From the NCBI GenBank assembly GCA_963674595.2, contig CAXXFV010000008.1, positions 288,001 through 352,000 of the forward strand: a stretch of 64,000 bases of DNA, in the 5' to 3' direction. Each line of letters starts with the position of its first letter. Positions within the stretch are counted from its first letter, which is position 1. The notes beneath the pieces were generated by a model. That model made no database searches. It had not been told where the DNA came from and was given only the letters and a program-made list of their open reading frames with translations. The DNA comes from a bacterium (GTDB lineage Bacteria > Zhuqueibacterota > Zhuqueibacteria > Residuimicrobiales > Krinioviventaceae). The position numbers and the translations under genes are program-made. Below, one piece after another: positions 34,629 to 44,601 of this stretch.

Positions 34629-35789
34629 TTATTTTAGACAGGCGCCAAAGTCAAGCTCTACATAGTCCCGATATTTAGCTTCCTGCATATTTTCAGCATA
34701 AGCGACCCACAATTTAAGGGCTGTTGCGTCATACACGATATTTTCCAGATTACCGCCATCATCACCAAGTATGCGTGATAATTCAATCATTTTTTGTGCA
34801 TTGTACGTGCCGGTATTTTCTTGCAAATGCGAGTAACAGGTATCATTGTTCATGGTATAATAAATGGTGTTTTCAACCATGTTCGGCGCCATTTCATCAT
34901 TGGGATCGTTACCTTTCCAAACGTGGAGTTTGACCGAATCAGGAGTGGAAACCAATATTTTAGCCGCGCCCATTGTTTGTTCCTGACCATCACCGATGTA
35001 AAACCGGTAGCGTTTGATCAGTTTTGTAGTTTCCACAATTTCGAGCGCTTCATCCAGGTTGTCGGCATCATATAGAATATCTCTGAACAAAGTTGAAAAA
35101 TGAGTCCCATCCAGATCAAACGGATAATCTTTTTTCGGTGAAGCACCTTTTTCACTAAGGACGATACCATGATCATTCATACCACTGTGAGCGGCAATAT
35201 AACCTGCAAATGTCGGCAGTACATGGGCATGACCCTCATCCGGTAAATAAACGACAATAACAGGATTTTTTTGCAGACGGGCATGCATTGTAAAATCCAG
35301 ATTTCTTATTTGATAAAGATGACCATCTTCCGATGCGTTACCCCAAACCGCAACACCGCTGCAGGCATAGTCACCCAAAACCGGAATCATGTGCGCCCGT
35401 TGCAGGGTTTTTAAAGAAACGCCTGATCCGTCTGCCACGCCTTTTAATTCTTCCTTAAAACGGTCTTTAATGTATGGTGAAACGGATTCCCAGGCCTTAT
35501 CCAAATTTTCGTTATTAAACCTGTCCGACATGGCTACTTGGGCAATTTTTAAATAGGGATATATGGTCCTTTTTATCATACCGGGAATGGTTGAGCCAAG
35601 TTGGTATCCCATTTCATAAGGGCTTCCTTTTACTGTTACTACGGCAACTTTATCATCACCTTGACCGATAAATTTAATATTATCCGAATCTACATAGCCT
35701 TTGCCGCAGGATGAAATCAGGATAAAAACAAGAAAAAGAAGGGAAAAAAGATAAATTATTCTTGTTACAGGGCGTTTAATATTTTTCAT
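34629..35789 (-). CDS. Peptidase C45 family Ntn-hydrolase/acyltransferase, lipoprotein
   Basis: GSPYEMGYQLG, EELKGVADG, A/CSG autoprocessing site, RNLDF, SGMN; ISSC lipobox; start after AAGGA. Confidence 0.85.
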   Translation of the reverse strand: MKNIKRPVTRIIYLFSLLFLVFILISSCGKGYVDSDNIKFIGQGDDKVAVVTVKGSPYEMGYQLGSTIPGMIKRTIYPYLKIAQVAMSDRFNNENLDKAWESVSPYIKDRFKEELKGVADGSGVSLKTLQRAHMIPVLGDYACSGVAVWGNASEDGHLYQIRNLDFTMHARLQKNPVIVVYLPDEGHAHVLPTFAGYIAAHSGMNDHGIVLSEKGASPKKDYPFDLDGTHFSTLFRDILYDADNLDEALEIVETTKLIKRYRFYIGDGQEQTMGAAKILVSTPDSVKLHVWKGNDPNDEMAPNMVENTIYYTMNNDTCYSHLQENTGTYNAQKMIELSRILGDDGGNLENIVYDATALKLWVAYAENMQEAKYRDYVELDFGACLK

Positions 35790-35871
35790 TTTTACCGTTC
35801 CTTGTAAAAAACGTTTCAAGATTTTTTTTGTGTTTAAGAAATCCGAAATGAGCATCTTATTTAAGTTAAAT

Positions 35872-35901
35872 AACCTCTCAGGTTTTAAAACCTGAGAGGT
35901 T
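35872..35901. repeat. Perfect 30-bp palindrome (REP-like or terminator)
   Basis: AACCTCTCAGGTTTT|AAAACCTGAGAGGTT is its own reverse complement. Confidence 0.9.
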
Positions 35902-35964
35902 TTATGTTTTGATCAGTGAAAAATAAAGATCTGTTTTAATTGTATAATGTTACATAAATTGATT

Positions 35965-37116
35965 TTATTTCATAAGAATCATCTTTTTTGTGGCAGAAAA
36001 ACCATCATCACTGGTTAGTTTATAGAAATATATTCCGGAAACAGCCTGGTTGCCTGCATCATCAAAACCATCCCACATTTCAGTATGTGTTCCGGCATTA
36101 ATTTGAGAATTAACCAGGGTTCTTACTTTTTGACCCAGTGAGTTATAAATTGTAAGATTCATTTTGGCCTTGTATGGCGCCGTAAAAGTGATTGATGTTG
36201 CCGGGTTGAACGGATTGGGATAATTGTTTTCAAGTGCGAATTGGGTCGGCAATGTGTTTTCATCGCCATCAACTGCGGTGGAACCGACTTGTTTAAAAAT
36301 TACGTCATCCAGTTCAATTTGACAATCAACCTGTCCTAACAGAGAAAAGAACATGTGAGTGCCTTGTACCCATGGGTCCGGGTCTGTTGTTTCAATAAGC
36401 CAGTCTACCTCATCTCCGGCTTCCAGATCATCCGTTCCATCCCAAACTTTAACCTTCACATCACCTTCAAAGAGATAAAATTTTACCCAATACCATACAC
36501 CCAAATCATAATCAAAATCTCCAGTTGGATCACTGACACTTATCCATGCGGCTGGTTGGATAAGGCCATATTGTTGGTTGACTTTAATTATTTGTGTTCC
36601 ATCATTTATTGGATCAATGTTTAAAGAATAATAGGATTCTTCTGTTGGATCCGGAAAGGCCCTGGTTGTGTCATCTGTAAAGAGTCGTGTTGAGACACTA
36701 AACCACGCGCCATCTTGCATGCCGGCATCAAATTTTACCCGAAAGTTTATTTCATGGTTTGCAGGTATAAGTTTGGATTGTTCTCTGATTCTTTCTTCCG
36801 TGCCATCCATATCTGTTGGATCAACATAAGAAACACCGTTTGAAAGGATCAGTGCTGCACCGATCATTGAAGCATAGTTGCCGGCTTTTAGGTAAGCGGT
36901 TCCATCTTCCGATTGCATGGTTACCTGTCCTGCCAGACCATCATCTTCACCAAAGTACAGCCAGCCCACATTGTTTAGCAGATAATCTTGTGCCGGGTCA
37001 TCAAAATGATCTTCCCATATTATTTCTCCCACTTCCTGAGCTTGTAAGTTGATGGTAAAAAATAATACTAGTGCACATATAATTGTTGCGCCGAGTTTTT
37101 GTAGACGATTTTCCAT
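35965..37116 (-). CDS. Secreted protein with T9SS type-A-like/FlgD-Ig C-terminal domain; ConA-like N-terminal domain suspected
   Basis: Signal peptide; LENNYPNPFNPATSITF...SGIYFYKL...TKKMILMK; WYWVKF..GDVKVKVW. Confidence 0.85.
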   Translation of the reverse strand: MENRLQKLGATIICALVLFFTINLQAQEVGEIIWEDHFDDPAQDYLLNNVGWLYFGEDDGLAGQVTMQSEDGTAYLKAGNYASMIGAALILSNGVSYVDPTDMDGTEERIREQSKLIPANHEINFRVKFDAGMQDGAWFSVSTRLFTDDTTRAFPDPTEESYYSLNIDPINDGTQIIKVNQQYGLIQPAAWISVSDPTGDFDYDLGVWYWVKFYLFEGDVKVKVWDGTDDLEAGDEVDWLIETTDPDPWVQGTHMFFSLLGQVDCQIELDDVIFKQVGSTAVDGDENTLPTQFALENNYPNPFNPATSITFTAPYKAKMNLTIYNSLGQKVRTLVNSQINAGTHTEMWDGFDDAGNQAVSGIYFYKLTSDDGFSATKKMILMK

Positions 37117-37212
37117 AATTCCTCCTTTTTGGCTAATCGCATCATTAATTGGTTTGTTTAAAATATGGGTTTTTAATTATAGGGCCCAAATTTTTCTATT
37201 TTATTTATTAAG

Positions 37213-38244
37213 TTAAAAACCAATGCCCAGACTAAATCTGTTTACACCTCCAAAGTACTCTGCATTTGTATATGCATAATCCAAACGAGCTTCATAACTG
37301 GAATAATCGAATAATAATCCTAATCCAAAGCTGAAATTTTCCACATCATAATTAAATTTATAACCTGTCCGTAGAGCAATTTTTTCTTTATAAATCAACT
37401 CAGATCCAAGGTGCACTCTGTTGGTATAATCAATTGGAGAAACAGCATCAATGGATGTGTTGATTACAATTTCTTTTTGATCCGGTATTAATGCTTTAGC
37501 AATGTCCATTGCCAATCCCATTCGAATGGTTAGGGGCATTTGAAATACTTCGCTATAGTATTTCATGTCTGTTGAATAGTTGCAAAAAGCCACCGCAAAC
37601 GCCATGTCTTTATAACCAATATCATAGGATGCGCCAAAATCAAAACCCAAATGGCCCAGGTCCCAGTTTTGCTCCTTAAAAAGTAAAACATCATCCTTTA
37701 CTTCCGGATCATATACGGTGGTATATGCATAGCTTGCGCGCCCCAAATCTTCATAAGCATACTTGACTTTGCCGCCAAAAGAAAAACGGTCGTTTACCTG
37801 GTAAGCATATGAAAGCCCTATGGCATAATCCTGAATTGAAAGATTGCCGGTCAGTTTAAAGCCCAGTGGATTGGTATCATCACGAACCGTTCCCATAATG
37901 TCACCATAATCCATATATATGACATCCAATCCTATGGCTCCATACATGCCCATATTGTAAACCATTCCTATCCCGTAAATTTTTGTCTCTGCCAGCCAGT
38001 TAACCTGGTTAAAAATGGCGTTAAAACCTTCCACTTTGGTAATTCTGCCGGGATTGTAGAACAATGCCTGTGCACCTTTAACAGATGCTGTTGCAGCATT
38101 GCCGATGCCGCTTTCTCTTGCGCCAAGGCTTATAGACAAATATGTCATCCCGCTTTGTGCCACTTTTTTCATTTGAGCAAAAGCGGATTCTGAAAACAAA
38201 ACAGATAGGGCCAGGCATAACAGGATGTATTTATTTTTTTTCAT
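37213..38244 (-). CDS. PorV/PorQ-family outer-membrane beta-barrel
   Basis: Signal peptide; YLSISLGARESGIGNA, ALFYNPG, IALRTGY, LDYAY, C-terminal RFSLGIGF. Confidence 0.85.
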   Translation of the reverse strand: MKKNKYILLCLALSVLFSESAFAQMKKVAQSGMTYLSISLGARESGIGNAATASVKGAQALFYNPGRITKVEGFNAIFNQVNWLAETKIYGIGMVYNMGMYGAIGLDVIYMDYGDIMGTVRDDTNPLGFKLTGNLSIQDYAIGLSYAYQVNDRFSFGGKVKYAYEDLGRASYAYTTVYDPEVKDDVLLFKEQNWDLGHLGFDFGASYDIGYKDMAFAVAFCNYSTDMKYYSEVFQMPLTIRMGLAMDIAKALIPDQKEIVINTSIDAVSPIDYTNRVHLGSELIYKEKIALRTGYKFNYDVENFSFGLGLLFDYSSYEARLDYAYTNAEYFGGVNRFSLGIGF

Positions 38245-38255
38245 ATCATGACTCC

Positions 38256-40382
38256 TTATCTGATTACAACAAATTTACCTGTCATAGAACCCAGCGCGTT
38301 GCCGGATTCATCCCAACCTTCGACATAATAGATATAAACGCCGCTTTTGATAATTTGCCACGAGTCGGTAATATTGTAAAATTCTTCGTTGGCTGAACCA
38401 GGCAGCGATAATGTATTCTGAGGATTTGGATGTTCGAGTGTCGTTACCAAATCGCCGTGCATTGTAAAAATTCTTATTGTTGCTTTTGCCGGTAGTCCGA
38501 CAAACATTATTTTATCTTCCAATATTCGTGGAGCTTCATAATAATCATTATATGAGGTCCCATGACCAAATGCTTTACCCTGAACATGAAATGGATTGGG
38601 AACAACATATACGGAATCCAACGCTTTGGTCGCCGCTCTGTTCGGTATACAGGGATTAGAGTAATTCCGGTTTGAAAACGGACTTGATTCCAGCCGTTGT
38701 CCCGGTGAAACACCGCTTGTATTTTGCGATCCGTCATCATAGGCAGTTACATAATAATAATAGTTCTTTCCTCTTACCACATCTTTGTCAACATACTCGT
38801 GTTGGGTGGTGTCCAGATCAGCAATCAGGTTATACAGTTTTGTATAATGCCCGTCTGCTCTGTAAACCCTATAGCCGGCAATATCAACAACGCCGGTTTG
38901 CCAGTCTTCTATATAGTAATCTTTTTCAAATGTCCATTTTAGAATATTTTCACCGAAACCGGAAGTAAGTGAAAGATTTGGCGACGGTGGGGGAGAAGCT
39001 ACGGTCTCCAAACCGTTTTTCCAGGCCCATTCTGCACGTGAAGCATATAATGTCAATGAATCGAGACCTGTTGCCAAAAGAGCATTTTTTGCCTGATCAC
39101 CGGTTTTTCCGTCAAATTCCAGTGTACCCTGAATCCATTTGCTGCCCTCGGATATGGCCAGACGTTGTGATATTGAACCCACTACCTGATACAATACAAT
39201 GGTTATACTTTCATTTGCCGGAATGTCATAGGGGCCAAATGACAGCAACCCAACCGGTTCAATGACTTCCGGATCATAGGGATGAATGGCTTTGCCAACA
39301 GTACCGGTTGACTGCACGCCGGTACTGAGAACCGAATAGAGGTCTATTTCACCATGCCCTTTTGTATGTGACGGCATAATGTCACGGGGCCTTATTTCCA
39401 CAGTGGATGGCTGTAAACGGTCGTCCGTATCATCATTATAAGCGGCATCTGCATGAATGACACCAAAGCCCGGATATTGAGGCGATAAAAATTCTCCGGT
39501 AGATTCGTCCGGATCACCGGTGTCGTCACCTGTATAGTGGTCATCAGAGGCGACACCATCATAGACATAATAGAGGCCGCGAAGTGTATCACCGGGTTGG
39601 CTGCCATAATAAACCGCCCAGTCATCATTTTGGTTTACCAACTGATGTCCCCGGTCTCCGCCGGGAATCAAATGATAAATAAAACCAAAATAAACCCCTG
39701 TCAGGTTTTGACCGCTTAATTCTGTGCCGGTGCCGGTTGCTGCATTTCCATTATTTTTAAATGTATATTCTCGGATAATATAACTGTTGTGATTTTGGTT
39801 GGCAAAAGCATAACTGGTCATTTCAACTTGAACGCCGACATCCGTACCCCAGGATGTTTGTATCCTTTCATCCGCGATAAGACTTTTTACCGGTAAACCG
39901 CTTGCTTCTCTGCTGTCCAATACACGAATATCTTCAATTTCATTAACCATAACGGTCGGTAAATAATAACGTACCTTTTTTTTGTTTTGCAGAAAAAAAG
40001 TGTAACCAGGAGCTTCATAATTTTCAAATCCGCCTTCGGAAACATAATGACTATGATGGGTTCCTTGTTTATCCGTCCAATCGGTTACGCCAATCCATAA
40101 GCCAAGGCCGCTCAGGTTTTTTCTTGTCATACGACCAAAGTCACCACCGGGATAAGTCATTTGGTTTTGCAACGGCGCATAGCTGTCAATAGATCCGGTT
40201 GCGGGCATTGTTTCCCATAACAAGCCAATTTCATGGCTGCGAATGACCTGGGAATAAGAGTTTGAAATAAAAATGATAAAAATACATACAATACTATTAA
40301 ATAAAAAAGATTTTATACCGCTGCCTCTTGTTGTGAGCTTTTTGTGGAGCGGTCTATTTATATTATATAAATTAAAAATCAT
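38256..40382 (-). CDS. Large exported protein with Fn3-like domain and 'VVPNP' C-terminal sorting-like domain
   Basis: Signal peptide; PPPSPNL..., GYRVYR, YYYYVTAYD; VYVVPNPF, IRIFT..GDLV, SGVYIY, GKFVVIR. Confidence 0.8.
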   Translation of the reverse strand: MIFNLYNINRPLHKKLTTRGSGIKSFLFNSIVCIFIIFISNSYSQVIRSHEIGLLWETMPATGSIDSYAPLQNQMTYPGGDFGRMTRKNLSGLGLWIGVTDWTDKQGTHHSHYVSEGGFENYEAPGYTFFLQNKKKVRYYLPTVMVNEIEDIRVLDSREASGLPVKSLIADERIQTSWGTDVGVQVEMTSYAFANQNHNSYIIREYTFKNNGNAATGTGTELSGQNLTGVYFGFIYHLIPGGDRGHQLVNQNDDWAVYYGSQPGDTLRGLYYVYDGVASDDHYTGDDTGDPDESTGEFLSPQYPGFGVIHADAAYNDDTDDRLQPSTVEIRPRDIMPSHTKGHGEIDLYSVLSTGVQSTGTVGKAIHPYDPEVIEPVGLLSFGPYDIPANESITIVLYQVVGSISQRLAISEGSKWIQGTLEFDGKTGDQAKNALLATGLDSLTLYASRAEWAWKNGLETVASPPPSPNLSLTSGFGENILKWTFEKDYYIEDWQTGVVDIAGYRVYRADGHYTKLYNLIADLDTTQHEYVDKDVVRGKNYYYYVTAYDDGSQNTSGVSPGQRLESSPFSNRNYSNPCIPNRAATKALDSVYVVPNPFHVQGKAFGHGTSYNDYYEAPRILEDKIMFVGLPAKATIRIFTMHGDLVTTLEHPNPQNTLSLPGSANEEFYNITDSWQIIKSGVYIYYVEGWDESGNALGSMTGKFVVIR

Positions 40383-40403
40383 TTATTTTCCTCCGAGATA
40401 AAA

Positions 40404-43367
40404 CTACAAGCTTACACGTACGCCCAATATATATGTTCTGTGCTGGCCTTTGTATAAAACATCACTTTCGGTACGTAAGATTAATGGATTGCTGACCTCT
40501 TCACTTCCATATTTTTTTGTTTTGCCATTAGCATACAGATCATTAAAATATTCTTCTCTTTCCGGTATAGCTGTTCTGTACTTTGTGACAAAAAGGTTGC
40601 TGACGTCAATATAAGCTTCCATCTTTAATTTATCCGTAATCGTAATTTTTCGTGTAAGACGTAAATTTGAGTTAAAATAGGGGATTGTATAAAATTTTAC
40701 ATCAGGATGTTTAATTCGCCAGGCCTCGTTGGGGTGTTTTATTTCTTCAGCACCCGTATAATAAAGCCCAAAACTGGCGCTTGTTTTATGAAAAATCGGA
40801 TAGCCGCCAACAGCCGGACCCCAGTTTTCAGGAGTGTGAAATGTTATAACACCCCGGCCATAGGGGGTAACATGTTTTTGGTTCGGACGGGGAATGCCTT
40901 TGAACACACCGTCTATTCCGATTGATGGATTATCGGTAATCACCGGTGCATCACTGCCGACTTCAGGAACTTCCAAATCATTGTCGCTCCGTTGGGTCAG
41001 GTTATAATTAAAAAATCCTGTAACAAAGGTTCCTATCGATTTTCGGAGTTCTATATCAAGCCCTCTGATTTCGCTGTAACCCTGTTGTCCCGGTGTTTGT
41101 ATAATTAAAGTTTGGTCTGAATGTGCATAAACAAGCCCGCTATATTTATCAGAATAATCTTTATAAAAAGCTCCCACATGTAACTGGAACATGTCAAAAA
41201 CATTCTGGTCCCAGCCAAGTTCATAGTTAATGTTATACTGAAAATCAAGATCAGCATTGCCCAGGTTAACAATCCTTTGATCGCCGTCAAGATCGTAGAG
41301 CCGTGTAAAAAGAGGCTCGGCAGCCGGCATTTGCAAAAAATAACCGAAATTGAAATATACTTTGCTGTTTTCTGAAATGGGAAAGGACACACCCAAACGA
41401 GGACTCCATCCCTGCTTTGCTTTTGGCGTAATGGAATAAAAATTACCGGCTAAAAGCGAGTCCAATGCTTCCTGATTGTTGGCATATTCCAGCACTCTGG
41501 ATGGTTCTGCGAACGTACCGTTTGGATTAAAATAGTCCCAGCGAAGTCCAATATTGGCAACCATGCCTTTAAATTCAATTTGGTCTTGTACAAATGCACT
41601 CAGTTCGATTGGCCGAACATCATAGTACCAAAAATATTTTCTGGCTGAATCAGCATCGTGATAATGTAATCTGTCTTCGACCAAATGAGTATTTTTATAT
41701 TCGAACCCTGTTTTAAGCTCATTCACATTATTAATTTGATTTGTATAAGTAACTCTTCCTTTAATTGTTTCACTAAAAGAATCATCTGTTGATGTTGCAC
41801 CACCGGAAAATGTTGTATTTGTCGCATAATCAGGAAATCCCTTGTCTAAGGGAATATATCCGGCGTGCGGGTCCAGGTAGGTCCTTCCTCCGATCTCTCT
41901 GGCAGCGGAAAGAGGCGATTCATCATAAGCGTCGCAATCCCAATAGGAGCCAAAAAACGAAAGCTCTGATTGGAAATAGCTGGTTGGAGAAATGACATGC
42001 AGCAGCTTTAAACCGACAAGTGTGGATTTTGTGTTTAAATAGGGTTTTATATACGGATAATACATGTTCAAATCACCGCCATCGTATGACAAACTTACAT
42101 CCGGTCCCCAACGGCTGTCGGCTTTATTGCTGCTGACCGTATTTACGTCAGAATGAAGAAAGGTAATATCCAGATTTGTATTTGCGGACAGTTTGTTTAA
42201 TAATTTTACAGTATATGCTCTTTCTTTATAATAATCCTGAGGCTGGGGATAGGTATAGGGCCTGTTTTCAAACCGAAGACCGGTCAACACTTTTAAATCC
42301 CAGGGTAATCCCTTTACACCACCGCTAATTGTCAGATCAATATTTTGTCCTGCTAAATCTCCGTATGTAATGGGTCTGTGTCGCCATTTCCATAATTCTT
42401 TGGCGTCTTCAACGGTCATGTCATTGTTTGGATTTGAATCGTTATTAAGCTCTTGAACTACTTTAGTCCATCCTCGGAAACCTACCGAATCGGGAGTTAT
42501 ACCTTCATATTTCCAGTAATAACCTGGTGAATCGGAATTGGGCCCGGTCAAAAGCTCCCAGTATCTTTCTTTATCTTTTGTGTTATAAATAGGATCACCA
42601 TCATGCCTGTATCCCGAAGGTTCAAGTTGATAATCCAGAAAAATATGCAATTCATCATCCGGATTTTTAGTGACAATATTAATAACACCGGATCTCGCAT
42701 CACCATATTCAGCAGAAAAACCACCCCGCATGACCTGGACTTCTTCAATACTTTGTTGGTTAACAGGAAATTTAACCATCCCGAATTTTGCATCGACAGT
42801 TGAAAGTCCATCCACCATAACATTTACTTCATCTGTAGCACCTTCCCGGATACGCAATTCGCCTTCAACCATGTTTCCTGTAATTCCGGCCTGTATTCCA
42901 ATCATGTCTTCCACACGGGCCGCGAACGGCATTTCTTTTATTTCAGCCCCATCCATATTGGTTTCCGAAGCTGAAACATCCAGTTTTATTTTGTCTCTCT
43001 CTGCCGTCACATAAACAACTTCTGTCTCCAGAGCCGTCGTTTCCAAAGCAAAATTAACCGTAATACTGCGGTTTGATTCTACTTTAACTTGTTGTTTTAC
43101 TTTTGTCTGATACCCCATCATACTTGCTTCCACATCATAAACGCCTGGTGGAACAAGTAATTGTATATATGTTCCCTGCATATCAGTTGCCGCACCGAGC
43201 AAAGTGCCCTTTAATATGACATTTGCTCCGACAAGTGATTCGCCTGTTTCAGCATCAACGACCGTTCCTCTTATTTTTCCGGTTATTCCTGCCATGAGAA
43301 ATTCAACGGAAAATATAAACAGGACTATGAATAGCGTGAAGACAAGAAATTTAATTTGGTTTTTCAT
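40404..43367 (-). CDS. TonB-dependent receptor with N-terminal carboxypeptidase-regulatory-like domain
   Basis: GKIRGTVVDAETGESLVGANV; plug IEEVQVMRGGFSAEYG..SGVINIVTK; NIGLRWDYF, SPRLG; C-terminal beta-strand. Confidence 0.92.
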   Translation of the reverse strand: MKNQIKFLVFTLFIVLFIFSVEFLMAGITGKIRGTVVDAETGESLVGANVILKGTLLGAATDMQGTYIQLLVPPGVYDVEASMMGYQTKVKQQVKVESNRSITVNFALETTALETEVVYVTAERDKIKLDVSASETNMDGAEIKEMPFAARVEDMIGIQAGITGNMVEGELRIREGATDEVNVMVDGLSTVDAKFGMVKFPVNQQSIEEVQVMRGGFSAEYGDARSGVINIVTKNPDDELHIFLDYQLEPSGYRHDGDPIYNTKDKERYWELLTGPNSDSPGYYWKYEGITPDSVGFRGWTKVVQELNNDSNPNNDMTVEDAKELWKWRHRPITYGDLAGQNIDLTISGGVKGLPWDLKVLTGLRFENRPYTYPQPQDYYKERAYTVKLLNKLSANTNLDITFLHSDVNTVSSNKADSRWGPDVSLSYDGGDLNMYYPYIKPYLNTKSTLVGLKLLHVISPTSYFQSELSFFGSYWDCDAYDESPLSAAREIGGRTYLDPHAGYIPLDKGFPDYATNTTFSGGATSTDDSFSETIKGRVTYTNQINNVNELKTGFEYKNTHLVEDRLHYHDADSARKYFWYYDVRPIELSAFVQDQIEFKGMVANIGLRWDYFNPNGTFAEPSRVLEYANNQEALDSLLAGNFYSITPKAKQGWSPRLGVSFPISENSKVYFNFGYFLQMPAAEPLFTRLYDLDGDQRIVNLGNADLDFQYNINYELGWDQNVFDMFQLHVGAFYKDYSDKYSGLVYAHSDQTLIIQTPGQQGYSEIRGLDIELRKSIGTFVTGFFNYNLTQRSDNDLEVPEVGSDAPVITDNPSIGIDGVFKGIPRPNQKHVTPYGRGVITFHTPENWGPAVGGYPIFHKTSASFGLYYTGAEEIKHPNEAWRIKHPDVKFYTIPYFNSNLRLTRKITITDKLKMEAYIDVSNLFVTKYRTAIPEREEYFNDLYANGKTKKYGSEEVSNPLILRTESDVLYKGQHRTYILGVRVSL

Positions 43368-44416
43368 GGACGACCTTCATGTTAATTCTCAAGTTCTGTT
43401 TTTATGTTGATAAATTAATACAAAAATAGTTGTAACGTGATTGATTCAGGTGGTTGTTACATAATTACTTAAATATCTTAATCGTATCAGTTTTTATTTT
43501 ACAGGCATTAAAATGAGAAAATAGTAAGGTAACCTTTACTTTTACTGAATAACCAATTGATAATTTTTATGGTGTTAATGAAAAGAGAAATTTATTAAAA
43601 ATTTTTAATGTGCTGAATGTGGAAATATTTTTTAATTTTACTAGTGATACATAACCGTTCCGGTTATTGATGCTGTCCCTAATTTGATTTTTTGTAAAAA
43701 TGTTTTTGTCAGGCGTTAATAATAAATTTGGGTATGCTGCCCTTTTAATAATTTTTTTTATGTCAGATAAAAATTTTATTTGAACCAAATTTTTAAAAAT
43801 AAATCCATAGAAATCCGTTAAGGTATTTACAATGGAATAAAATTTTTTTCTCAACAATAGAGCCATTTTAAAAATCAGTCTTGAATGTAACGATCCGTAT
43901 CTGTTGTTTCAATTTGAATGAACAACAGAATTTAACCATATCCTAAAATTACCTTTTCATTCAACAGCTTTGTTTTTTACTAACGATTGTTTGAATGAAT
44001 TTTTTACAACTTTTTCGATAATTACTGTTTTATAAAAAAAACAGATTAATAAAACGCGATGCGTGTTGGAGATATGTTATTTTAACAATCTATCAGATAT
44101 TCAATTAAATTATTTAACTCGTTCAACTAATAAAAATTGGCCCTGATATGTTTTGATAGTAATCTTTTGAAATACAGTGAATGAATAATTTTTACTATTT
44201 TTAAATAATTAGGCGTACTGTTTGATTTTAATGTAAATTGATTTTTTTTATTGGAAAAGTATATTTTGGTTTTAAAGATATTTGATTCATTTACAGAATA
44301 ATCTAATGAAAATGAATTATTCCCGAGATTGTGTTGAACTGCACAAATTTTTTTGTATGGTAACATGAAAAATAATAAATGAATTACACTTTTCACGTTG
44401 CTTCACCTTTTTATAA

Positions 44417-44461
44417 TGCAATCGTTTGCTTGATTATATGCAATATTCGTCATAAAATCAA
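44417..44461 (-). promoter_or_regulatory. Sigma70 promoter with adjacent LacI/GalR-type operator-like palindrome
   Basis: Minus strand TTGATT (44461-44456) - 17 nt - TATAAT (44438-44433); TGCAATCGTTTGCT at 44417-44430. Confidence 0.6.
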
Positions 44462-44601
44462 GCGATTTTTAGGAAAAAACAAGTCAGGATTTTATGACTA
44501 AACAATTAACTCCTAAAGTTTATATTATGCTGGTATTTTTATCGCCCTGATTTATCACCGAATACTCAAAAAGCACAATAGTTGATTATGAAGGGTCAGT
44601 A

